From a virus: a stretch of DNA of 64,000 bases. A program made the translations under genes and the position numbers. The notes under the pieces were generated by a model, which saw only the letters and a list, made by a program, of their open reading frames with translations, made no database searches and was not told the DNA's origin. The stretch lies in IMG/VR virus record IMGVR_UViG_3300005337_000001, positions 131,581-195,580 of that record; one strand, given 5' to 3'. This document shows, in pieces, positions 1 through 8,727 of this stretch (position 1 is the first letter of the stretch; every line of letters starts with the position of its first letter).

Positions 1-333
1 AAGTACCTGCGACGGGTCAGCCGGGCCTTTGTCGAAATGAACCACCCGGTGATTGGCTTCCTTGCGGAACTCACGCAGGTAAGCGTCGCCGTTCGTGAAC
101 TCGACCACTCGCTTTACCTGCTCGGGGGAGAGCCGCTCGCCGCGGACTACATCCACGATGGCGTCATGAAGCGACGCTACTTTGCCCTCGCACCAGTTGG
201 CTGCCGCTTGTTTTCCGAGCACTTCGAGATGCTCCCCAGAAACCGGGCGCGCATCGCGCTGTTGAAGAACCGTCTGGATGGGGGAGTCGCCGCTCATGAC
301 AGAGCCCTTTCTTCAGTACATTCTAAGAAGTAG
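1..333 (+). CDS. hypothetical protein, probably 5'-partial
   Basis: Frame 1 is open from base 1 to TAG at 331-333; first ATG at 37. Confidence 0.5.
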   Translation, partial: KYLRRVSRAFVEMNHPVIGFLAELTQVSVAVRELDHSLYLLGGEPLAADYIHDGVMKRRYFALAPVGCRLFSEHFEMLPRNRARIALLKNRLDGGVAAHDRALSSVHSKK

Positions 334-1063
334 CATGACGTTTCACTCCATGGGAAGGAACGAGGACCTGCTGACCTTCGCTGCCGTCGCCGAGCGGCTG
401 GACGTAACACGTCGCCATCTAGGCCACATGATACGACAAGGCTTCATTCGCCCGGTGAAAGCGGCCCGCCACCTGCGCGAGCTACGCTTCAGGCCAGAGG
501 ACGTGAACGCGGTGCTGTCGCTGCGCCAGCACGGTACCGATCTCCCCAAGTTGGCCGTCATGGCCGCCCAGGCGCGCAGCCTCAGCCTGAGCAACGCGGC
601 CAAGTTGGACAAGTTGTGCTCGTTCCTAGGGCTAGAAAATAACCGCCTGCGCATCGACGAGGACTCCGTCTTCATGCTGCACATGAAGACGCACGACACG
701 ATTGAGCTCCCGCTGTCCGACCTGCGAGCGGGCGCCGTCATGGAGTGGGCATCAACCTTTAACGCCTTCGACGAGGGCTACCTGCAGATCATCGAAGAGT
801 TCACGAACGACCCGCAGCCCTGGGTCGCGTACCTCGCCTTGGCCAACAAGATGATGGAGCAGCAGAACACGCGGTCCGAAACGAACCTGCGCTTTGCCTA
901 CGCCTGCCTCGACAGCTCACGTCGACACCTGCGCCACGTCAGCTACTTCTACGTCATGAACAAGTCCGGTGAGCGGCTCGCCAACGACCTGTTCATCCGC
1001 GAAGCGGTCGACGATGAGATCATCGCACAGCTTCACCCTACGCTAGACGAAACGACGCACTAG
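296..1063 (+). CDS. MerR/excisionase-type HTH DNA-binding protein
   Basis: LLTFAAVAERLDVTRRHLGHMIRQGFIRP...RFRPEDV resembles an HTH_17/MerR HTH; GGGGAG lies 9 nt before ATG 296 (alternative starts 278, 335). Confidence 0.65.
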   Translation: MTEPFLQYILRSSMTFHSMGRNEDLLTFAAVAERLDVTRRHLGHMIRQGFIRPVKAARHLRELRFRPEDVNAVLSLRQHGTDLPKLAVMAAQARSLSLSNAAKLDKLCSFLGLENNRLRIDEDSVFMLHMKTHDTIELPLSDLRAGAVMEWASTFNAFDEGYLQIIEEFTNDPQPWVAYLALANKMMEQQNTRSETNLRFAYACLDSSRRHLRHVSYFYVMNKSGERLANDLFIREAVDDEIIAQLHPTLDETTH

Positions 1064-2868
1064 CCTTGGTACGTCGGGCCTGAGTAGCCAGACCAGATGG
1101 AGCCCTGGTGGTCAGCCTCTTTGTTCGGGGCGATGACGTCTGGGCGCGGCTTCGTGACCATCGAAGCGAGGAAGCAATAGAGCAGCGAGTGCAGCGTGTC
1201 GTCGGTCTTGCCTGCGGTGTGCCCATACTGAATCATGCGAATCTTTTCGTTGTACTCGCTGTAGATGTTGAGCATGTCCTGCCCGTACGGCTCTTGGAAC
1301 TCCACCCAGCGCGGGAACTCGAACACGGTGCCGCGCTTGATCGCGTTGAAGATGGCGCTCATGATTTCCGTGCGATGAACCATCCAGCGCTGGAGCTTGG
1401 CTTCCCAGCGCACCTTGGCCGAGAGCCGGGCCACGTATTGGTACTTCATCACGCGCTCCTTGCCGAAACGTCGGACTAGAAAGTCGTTCGGGTAGTGACC
1501 GCCGCCGTAGTCGACGCCAATAATGCGGACGTTGAACGCACGAAGAATGCGTTCGATCTTCTCGAGCTGGCGATCCGGCTCCGTGTCCTCGCCCGTGAAG
1601 CGGTGCACGTAGAAGACGCGAAACTTATTGCCGATGTACGTGGCCAGCGTGAGCACCGTGTAGCTGTGCTCGCCCGTGCCCCAGTCTATGCCAGCGTAGA
1701 TCTCCTGGCCGAAGCCCAGCCGCTGGTACTTGTCGACCGCGGACATCTTCACTTTCTCGTTACAACACGCACGGACCTGCGCCATCGTGAGCGGGCGGAG
1801 ACCAGTGTCGAACGAGACGCCGAGGACTTCGTTGTAGAACTTGTTGCGAGGGTAGTGCTCGTAGTTGTAGAGCAGCTCGTTCCAGTCGAGCCACGGCACC
1901 ATGAGCTGCGGGATGCGGAACGCTTCGAACGGCGTGTGCACCGGGTCCCACTCGATGGCAGAGGCCCACTGCGCATCGTCGCTCATTGGATTGAGCCGCT
2001 TGCCGCAGTGCTCGCAGATGAGGAACTTCTTGCCGATGTTCTTCTCGCCGAGAATGTTCCAGAAGCGGCCGCCCTCACCGCCCTTGCAATCGCAGGGCGC
2101 CATCCACTGGTTCTGCGTCGAGCGGTTCGCCCAGTAATCTTCGATGACGTTGTCGAGCGTCTTCGGCGTGCCGGAGTACAGGTAGCGCTTGAGCTCTTCC
2201 GGAGAGTGGGAAAGACACTGCTCGATGACGGGGATGTTGTCCGAGTAGATGTCCTGAATCTCGTCGATGCACAGGCTGTGCGCCGGGATGCCGCGCGCGC
2301 GGTCGGCGTTCAAGAAGGCGTAGCGCAGCGTGATCTTCGAACGATTGACGAACTGCTTCTCGAGAACGTTCTGCGAGAGCATGCTGTTCGTGTACGTGCG
2401 TAAGATCGGCGAGGTCTCGATAGGCTCCTTGATGCGGTCGTTCGAGAACGTCTTCGTCTGCGTCATCGACGGCGAGACGTAGAGCGACTTGTACGCAGGG
2501 ATGAGGCAGGAGAAGCTCAGCATGCGGTTGCCGAGCAACGTCGACTTCTCGACCTGACGTCCGCACATCAGGAGCACACGCTTCATCGGCGTGTCGTAGA
2601 TTTGGTTGAGGTGCCGACGGCCGGCGAAGGAGAAGTTCTCCCAGCCCTGCGTCGTTGGCATCCGGAACGCAAACTGCGTGAACGCAGAAGGAAGTACTTC
2701 CGGGGCTGGCTCCGGCGCTGGGAAGCCAGGGGAATCGTCTGTGGTCAGGTCCAGGTACTCGAGCTGCTCCGGAACCCAAGCCTGGCCGCGCTCGATTAGC
2801 CGTAGCTCTTCATCAGAAAGCGGTGCACCATCTGGGTCATCCGAGTAGTAAACCTCAGCAGCTGCCAT
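1060..2868 (-). CDS. terL: terminase large subunit
   Basis: Walker A-like CGRQVEKST, Walker B IDEIQD, SGTP coupling motif, CxC..CxxC Zn site, nuclease GIDWG and terminal DDTLHS; start set at MAAAEV after a G-rich RBS (ORF open to 2970). Confidence 0.9.
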   Translation of the reverse strand: MAAAEVYYSDDPDGAPLSDEELRLIERGQAWVPEQLEYLDLTTDDSPGFPAPEPAPEVLPSAFTQFAFRMPTTQGWENFSFAGRRHLNQIYDTPMKRVLLMCGRQVEKSTLLGNRMLSFSCLIPAYKSLYVSPSMTQTKTFSNDRIKEPIETSPILRTYTNSMLSQNVLEKQFVNRSKITLRYAFLNADRARGIPAHSLCIDEIQDIYSDNIPVIEQCLSHSPEELKRYLYSGTPKTLDNVIEDYWANRSTQNQWMAPCDCKGGEGGRFWNILGEKNIGKKFLICEHCGKRLNPMSDDAQWASAIEWDPVHTPFEAFRIPQLMVPWLDWNELLYNYEHYPRNKFYNEVLGVSFDTGLRPLTMAQVRACCNEKVKMSAVDKYQRLGFGQEIYAGIDWGTGEHSYTVLTLATYIGNKFRVFYVHRFTGEDTEPDRQLEKIERILRAFNVRIIGVDYGGGHYPNDFLVRRFGKERVMKYQYVARLSAKVRWEAKLQRWMVHRTEIMSAIFNAIKRGTVFEFPRWVEFQEPYGQDMLNIYSEYNEKIRMIQYGHTAGKTDDTLHSLLYCFLASMVTKPRPDVIAPNKEADHQGSIWSGYSGPTYQG

Positions 2869-3208
2869 GTACCCCCCTGAACCTACCAAGGATCCGTACC
2901 AGCTGCTCACCAACCTGTGGTCGTCGCTTCGGCGCGCCTGCGAAGACCACTGGGGAAGCGAGTGCACCATCGACCCGGCTGAAGGAGGCGGCTACAAGCT
3001 CACGCTCCGCTTCGCCGAAGCAATGACTGAGCGCGGCTGGGAGCTCGCGTCCAGGTACGTGCGCAGCTACTCGAAAGCCTCGCACTGGGCGGTCGACAAG
3101 CTCACTCGACGCCAGACGCACATGGAATTGATCGTGGAGCACTCTCCGCCTAAGCCAAAAAAGAAATGGCGTCGAGAGCCTGATCCAGCTCCTCAAAAAA
3201 CTTCATGA
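2867..3208 (+). CDS. hypothetical protein, opposite strand within the packaging block
   Basis: 113-aa ORF fills the 280-nt gap between two minus-strand genes; globular-looking with a basic tail; no clear RBS. Confidence 0.5.
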   Translation: MYPPEPTKDPYQLLTNLWSSLRRACEDHWGSECTIDPAEGGGYKLTLRFAEAMTERGWELASRYVRSYSKASHWAVDKLTRRQTHMELIVEHSPPKPKKKWRREPDPAPQKTS

Positions 3209-3623
3209 TGTAGGTGTCGGGGTCAAGACGCTCCGCGAAGCCAGCGGCTTTGAACCACCAACTGAACATCTCGGCGGTGTACGCCGCCTGCAGTCGTGGC
3301 TGCGTCGCGCGGAAGTAGCGCTCAGCAGCCGGGCTCAGCACGCTGGGGAAAGTGCGCTGCCACTTCACCAGGAACTCACCGTGCACCTGCATCTTGCCCT
3401 GACCGGCTGGCACGTAGCGCTCGCGCGGCGGAAAGAAGTGCACGATGTACGAGCCGTCCTGCACCGCGTACTCGGCGAGGAACGTCGTGAAACCTTTGAC
3501 CTCCGTGAACCTGATCACAGCATCCTTCACGTTGCCGATGAGAACCGGGGCGTCTCCACCAGCCTGCCGTCGTTCGTTGTCGAAAACTTCATCGGTCTGC
3601 TTGGCTGTGTAGTTACTTGGCAT
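3150..3623 (-). CDS. hypothetical protein
   Basis: MPSNYTAK start after GGGGG overlaps the stop of the upstream gene; about 157 aa. Confidence 0.65.
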   Translation of the reverse strand: MPSNYTAKQTDEVFDNERRQAGGDAPVLIGNVKDAVIRFTEVKGFTTFLAEYAVQDGSYIVHFFPPRERYVPAGQGKMQVHGEFLVKWQRTFPSVLSPAAERYFRATQPRLQAAYTAEMFSWWFKAAGFAERLDPDTYIMKFFEELDQALDAISFLA

Positions 3624-4572
3624 CGCCCCCATCATCCACATCTTCGGCGGTGGTTTCAACCTCAACGGGGTCAGGGTGCACGTTGGTAGTGTGATTCCCG
3701 CTCGTAAGCTGAGCAAGGGTCGGTACTTTGTTCGGGGTTGTAGCGACCGAAATCCGCTTCAAGTCCTCGCGCAGCTTGTCCTCGGGGTTCACGAGCGTCT
3801 GCTTGAGGCGCCCCATGATGTCGGCGATCACGGCATAGCCCTGACCCATCTGCGCGTTCAGGGGGCCGCCGGTCTGCACCGACGCGAAGGTACGCAGTAG
3901 CGCTGCCTCCATGGTGCGCTCGGCCACCTCACCCATGTCGATCTTGCGTGGCATCACACCGAGCTCCATCTGCGCCACGAGGCCCGCCAGGGGTGAGCTC
4001 GGTAGCCGCGCCGCTACGACACGTGGATCAGTGTGCCTGAACGCACGCAGCGCTACGTGCTGTTTCTGCGTAGCCGTATCGTCGGACGCCAACAGTCCGG
4101 AGTGCCGTAGTTCTAGCAGCGCTCGCATCTCCATACTCTCGAGCAACTCGATGTTCCAGAAGTAGTAGCGGTAGGTCTTGATACCGTCATCCGTCACCTT
4201 GCCTTGCATACGAACGCGCACCGCATGTGCGATCACTTCATTGGGAGCGCCAGCGAGGGCCATGGATTCGACCAGCTCACGCCAACGCGGCTTGCTCAGG
4301 ATACGCAGCGCCTCGTTGTACGCCCGCGTCGGGTTGAACGCGGACAGCAAGCCCTCACGTAACAGAAAACGGTACGACGGCTTGTGCGTCTCCTCTTCCG
4401 GGCGAAATGGCTTCGGCGGCACCACTCGGTCACGCAGCCACTGGATGTACCAGTCGCCGAGGTAGTCAAGCTTGAGCTCCGCGGAGATGTCCTGGATGTA
4501 CTTGTTCTCGTAACACGCAGGGTGCGCGACCAAGTACCGGTAGTAATTCTCCGCGGGGCTCCGCCGAATCAT
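3613..4572 (-). CDS. hypothetical protein, candidate terminase small subunit
   Basis: 319 aa, helical, HTH-like segment, two genes upstream of terL; function inferred from position only. Confidence 0.45.
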   Translation of the reverse strand: MIRRSPAENYYRYLVAHPACYENKYIQDISAELKLDYLGDWYIQWLRDRVVPPKPFRPEEETHKPSYRFLLREGLLSAFNPTRAYNEALRILSKPRWRELVESMALAGAPNEVIAHAVRVRMQGKVTDDGIKTYRYYFWNIELLESMEMRALLELRHSGLLASDDTATQKQHVALRAFRHTDPRVVAARLPSSPLAGLVAQMELGVMPRKIDMGEVAERTMEAALLRTFASVQTGGPLNAQMGQGYAVIADIMGRLKQTLVNPEDKLREDLKRISVATTPNKVPTLAQLTSGNHTTNVHPDPVEVETTAEDVDDGGDAK

Positions 4573-6806
4573 CCCTGGAAAGCTATCACCTTCAAGCCCT
4601 CGATTACATCTTCGAGGGCGCGGATGGCGCGCTCGATGGCGCCTTCCGACAGCTCACGCATGCCCAAACGGGCGCCGATCAGCAGCTCGCACAGCCGGCG
4701 CTGCGCCTCGTCCAAGGTGGGGAGGTAGCCGATGTAAGTGGCCAGATTCTCGGGGTTGATGAAGCCGAGGCTGAGCACCGAGTCGACGGCAATCGGGTCC
4801 GTGATGGCCGCCGCTTCCTTCCAAAGCCGGTGCCGGAACGTCGGCATCGAGCTCAAGAACTTCTCGGCCTCCACGTAGCTCTCGCCGCGGGCTTCGGCCG
4901 CCGTCTTCAACATGTTGCTGATCCGCACCAGCTGGGGCGTGCCGCCGACGGCGTGCGCCATCTTCTCCAGCGCGTAGCTCGGGTTGGCGCCGAGCCCAGT
5001 CAGCAAGAAGAGACAGGCATCCTGGTTCAAGAACTGCCGCTCCTCCATGGCCAGCTTCTCTACGGAGAAGCCGCGCACGCTAAAGCTGTCCAGGCCGCCG
5101 GCGACTACTTCCACCGACGCAAGCTTCCGCTTCAACGACGCCGTCTTGTTCACATCGGCCGCACTCTCGGCCAGATCGATCTCCGCAGCCGAGTCGAGCG
5201 GCATCCACATCCAACCCTGCGGCACGATCATCAGACCGTCGATGCTGACGATCTGCTGTGCGTACGGCTGCACGCTCACCTGCACTGGCCGGCCATCGAA
5301 CGTCTCACCGTCGAACTTCGGCATCTCGTCGACACCGTTGCCAGCCAGCGTGGCGCCGAGCTGCAGCGGCAGCGTGGCGCACGGGATGCCACCGTACTCA
5401 GTGTAGAAGCAGCCGTGACCCTGCGCCTGCTCCGCTGGCACCGTCGCCGGTGCCGAGAACTCGCCGGCGGGGACGCCGGAGATGTCTGACTGCACCGCCG
5501 CGTGCTGGCCGTCCGTGAATAGCGAGATGGGCAGCGCCGAGCCGTCGATGTCGACCAGGTTCGGAATCACCACACCGGTGAGATCTTCGCCGGCAGTCGA
5601 CTTGACCATGTACATGCCAGGCGCTGAGATGGGACCAGCAGCCACGTGGGATTCACCGGCTTCTTCCTGCACACCTTCGTCGGCGCCCAGCGTCACAGCG
5701 CCGGCCGTGTCTGCAGCCAACGCGATCTTCACGCCAACGCGGCGCACGAGCTCGCCACGGTCCACGCGCTCAGACATTGGCTCCCACATTCTGTGGCTGG
5801 CCGTCTTGATCTCGTAGCCACCCGGCAGCTTCACCACCTGCAGCACGCTGGGCTTCACGTAGTTCAGCATCGCCGACGCACGCTTCTCGACCGTTGACGG
5901 CTGCGCTTCTGCTAGCAACAAGACGGAGTCATACGTCGCCACGTTGTTCGCGTAAGCCAGCTTCGTGGCTGGGTCGATCATCGAATCGCGAAAGTCTTGT
6001 AGGTCGCTGACGTTCGCCGTCGGCAGCACGGCCTCCAAGATGGAGCCCATCTTCATCCCCGCACCACAGGAGTCTTTCTCTTCCTTGACGGCGTAGCTTT
6101 CGAGCTTGGGAACTTTTGCGCCTCTGACGACCACTTCCTTGCCGACCTTCAACGCGCTGGCCAGTTTCAACGCATCGGCTGGTAGCTCGATCGTACGAGC
6201 TGCTTCCTTCTCCGCTTCGAATTCATCGCCAAGATGTGTGAGGTAGTCCTCGAGCGAAGCAATCTTCTTGGACGCGGTCTTGCCACCCATACCGGCGCTC
6301 ATCTGCGCGCCACCGCCACCGAAGCCGTAGCTCTGACGATACGGAGGATAGAGCTGACCGATCATCGACTGGTCACCCGGCGTCTTGCTGGTGACGTCGA
6401 ACGCTTGCGGGCGGAACATCGCCTGGCGCATACGGCTCTCGGTAAGCGGCATCGCCTTGGAGTCGTCCGTGATCACCACGTCGAACGGCATGAGCTTACC
6501 GTCCTTGATGATGACCGGGATGCGCGCCTTGCGAATGCCAGCGGCGTCTTGCTGCTCCTGCGGCGACGTCATCGGAGCCTCGGACTTGCTCGTCACTTCG
6601 ACGTGGCCAAGGCCGTAGCCGCGCTCGCCGTCGACCGTCTCCATCACCACCTCGAGGCTGAAGTCGGCGAGGTAGGGCACCTGCTTGTAGACTTCCTGCA
6701 GCACCTCGTCTTGCCATTGGTTTGGGTCCTCGGGCAGCGTGGTCTCGGCCGCGATCTTGACGAAAACGTGCTTGGGTTCGTGGAAGAGAGGCATCTGCTG
6801 CGTCAT
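4569..6806 (-). CDS. putative virion/internal head protein rich in K-x-A motifs
   Basis: 745 aa; AGGAGA RBS; at least 15 K-x-A triplets; coupled to its neighbours. Confidence 0.6.
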   Translation of the reverse strand: MTQQMPLFHEPKHVFVKIAAETTLPEDPNQWQDEVLQEVYKQVPYLADFSLEVVMETVDGERGYGLGHVEVTSKSEAPMTSPQEQQDAAGIRKARIPVIIKDGKLMPFDVVITDDSKAMPLTESRMRQAMFRPQAFDVTSKTPGDQSMIGQLYPPYRQSYGFGGGGAQMSAGMGGKTASKKIASLEDYLTHLGDEFEAEKEAARTIELPADALKLASALKVGKEVVVRGAKVPKLESYAVKEEKDSCGAGMKMGSILEAVLPTANVSDLQDFRDSMIDPATKLAYANNVATYDSVLLLAEAQPSTVEKRASAMLNYVKPSVLQVVKLPGGYEIKTASHRMWEPMSERVDRGELVRRVGVKIALAADTAGAVTLGADEGVQEEAGESHVAAGPISAPGMYMVKSTAGEDLTGVVIPNLVDIDGSALPISLFTDGQHAAVQSDISGVPAGEFSAPATVPAEQAQGHGCFYTEYGGIPCATLPLQLGATLAGNGVDEMPKFDGETFDGRPVQVSVQPYAQQIVSIDGLMIVPQGWMWMPLDSAAEIDLAESAADVNKTASLKRKLASVEVVAGGLDSFSVRGFSVEKLAMEERQFLNQDACLFLLTGLGANPSYALEKMAHAVGGTPQLVRISNMLKTAAEARGESYVEAEKFLSSMPTFRHRLWKEAAAITDPIAVDSVLSLGFINPENLATYIGYLPTLDEAQRRLCELLIGARLGMRELSEGAIERAIRALEDVIEGLKVIAFQG

Positions 6807-6814
6807 AGAGTCTC

Positions 6815-7459
6815 CTAGCTGGTCTTCAGGATAGCGCCGAGAGCAGCGAAAACGGCAGGGTCTTTCGTAACGATGAGAATACCGCTCACCAGCTCGGCCG
6901 GATTGATGGGAGCAGAGGGACCTAGCCCACTTCCAAATTGAGCTGCAATCTGGGCACCAGTGACACCAAGAGAATCCCCAGTGAACGAGAGCAGATGAAC
7001 CGGCCCGGCCGACAAAGCCGCCGCGGTCTTCGCTACGAATTGTAGTGCCGGGATTTTCACGGCCAGGCCTGCAGCAAGTAGCGCCTTGATGCCACCAATC
7101 TTGAGAGCGAGCGTCGCACTCAGCGAAGCGATGGCAGCAATCTGAGCTGTAGCTTGAAGCGAGATGTTCGGCAGAGGAAGTGCCAGCGCCACAGCCAGCG
7201 AGGCCTGCACCTGGATGAGTGCGGCCAGGAGCGCCTGCAGCGCAGCCAAGGGGTTGCTCACGCCGATGCCGATCTGCAACGCCGCCGAGATAGCGGCGTT
7301 GAACTGCACTTGGATGTCAGCCAAGAACGGACCGAGTCCGAACTGCCCGGTGAGGAACAAATCGAGCTGTAGCAGCAGCGGGTTCATGAGCCCGATGCCT
7401 ACGGCGAGTCCGATGTTGACTTCGCCTAAGGTGTAGCTGCCGAGATCAGTGAGGGCCAT
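6815..7459 (-). CDS. very hydrophobic Ala/Leu/Ile/Gly-rich virion-associated protein
   Basis: 214 aa with almost no charged residues; TAATG coupling to the spike gene. Confidence 0.7.
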   Translation of the reverse strand: MALTDLGSYTLGEVNIGLAVGIGLMNPLLLQLDLFLTGQFGLGPFLADIQVQFNAAISAALQIGIGVSNPLAALQALLAALIQVQASLAVALALPLPNISLQATAQIAAIASLSATLALKIGGIKALLAAGLAVKIPALQFVAKTAAALSAGPVHLLSFTGDSLGVTGAQIAAQFGSGLGPSAPINPAELVSGILIVTKDPAVFAALGAILKTS

Positions 7460-8727
7460 TAAACCAGAATGGTGGAGTTACCGTCGGTTATTACGCCGGT
7501 GCAAGTCAGGCCAACACCTGCGCCGATAAGTGGAGCAAAGCCCGCTGGGTTAGGAGCCACCGCCAAGAGCGTGGGGGGCAACGTCACCGTGACCAAGGAG
7601 CCAACGTGTGCCACGGGGTTGCTGCCGCCGTTGAGCTTCAGAACGGCCGCTGTGATCTCGAAGGTACCGCCTACGGTCATCTTCGCGTCGCTCTTCACGT
7701 TCATGTTGAACGTGTTGTCCGCGAAGATCTCCATCTCGTCCTTCACGCGCAGGCGCAGCTTCTTCTTACAGAGCACGCCGACGTTGCCGTCGAAGCGCGC
7801 GAAGGTGTTGCCGGCGCGATCGAACACGAAGCGCATCTTCACCAGGTTGCCGGTGCCTGGTAGCAGGGAGCCGTCCTCTGCCTTGAAGGCGTTCTTGGCC
7901 AGGGTGAGCTCGTACACGATGGGCTCGGTCTTGCCGAGCTCGACGCTCTGCTCGTCGACGATGGCGTCGCTGTCCGTCTCTGGTACGGGGTCGTGCACGC
8001 GGCCTACTGCGCAACGGATGTCGGCGTACTGGTCGTTGGCGTAGACGCGGAAGGTCTGCTTGAACTCCGTCGGGTTGGTGGTGTCGCCTTCGGATTCTTG
8101 GATGCCCCAGTTGATGGAGCCGCCAGCGTTGTGCAGCGCGTAGTTCTCCGCAAAATCCATGACGAGGTTGTTGAGCGGCACGTACACGCGCTGCGCGAGC
8201 TCGTTCGCCCCAATCTGCAGAACACCACCGCGGTGCAGCACGATGAAGTTCCCGTCACGCCCTCGGATGAACATGTCGCCGGGCTTGCCTCGTGGCCTAC
8301 CGCCAGCGAAGCTGGCAGCCGTTGGCGCCTGATTGTCGCTGGCCCGTCCCTCCGTACCGGCCGGAGCTTCCGATGAATCACCAGCCAGCGGAATGGTCTC
8401 GTGCGGCATCACGAAGGCCAGAACGAACGGCGGCGAGCTGTCGCCCGGCCAGCACACGGCGCACTTCGAGCCCACCTCCGGCACCGCCGTCCAACCGTCA
8501 CCACGGTTCGGGTGTGAGTACGGCGAGCCCACCGGGATGTTGAGCAGACGCATCTGGTCGAACTGACTGAAGACATCGACTGTATAGTTCACAAGGTCGA
8601 CGTTCACCACACGGCCCATGAAGACGTGGGTAGCTCCAAGACCTTCAGGCGCAGTGAAGCTCGAACGGTACTCAGTGCGCGGCTTGACCGCGCCTCGTGC
8701 CGCCTTCATACCTTGGTGAAGGGCCAT
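7459..8727 (-). CDS. baseplate central spike (gp5/gpV-like) with a C-terminal apex/PAAR-like motif
   Basis: N-terminal OB-fold signature GRVVNVD...AVPEVGSKCAV; beta-rich C-terminal half; ends PVAHVGSLV...GVITDGNSTILV. Confidence 0.8.
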   Translation of the reverse strand: MALHQGMKAARGAVKPRTEYRSSFTAPEGLGATHVFMGRVVNVDLVNYTVDVFSQFDQMRLLNIPVGSPYSHPNRGDGWTAVPEVGSKCAVCWPGDSSPPFVLAFVMPHETIPLAGDSSEAPAGTEGRASDNQAPTAASFAGGRPRGKPGDMFIRGRDGNFIVLHRGGVLQIGANELAQRVYVPLNNLVMDFAENYALHNAGGSINWGIQESEGDTTNPTEFKQTFRVYANDQYADIRCAVGRVHDPVPETDSDAIVDEQSVELGKTEPIVYELTLAKNAFKAEDGSLLPGTGNLVKMRFVFDRAGNTFARFDGNVGVLCKKKLRLRVKDEMEIFADNTFNMNVKSDAKMTVGGTFEITAAVLKLNGGSNPVAHVGSLVTVTLPPTLLAVAPNPAGFAPLIGAGVGLTCTGVITDGNSTILV

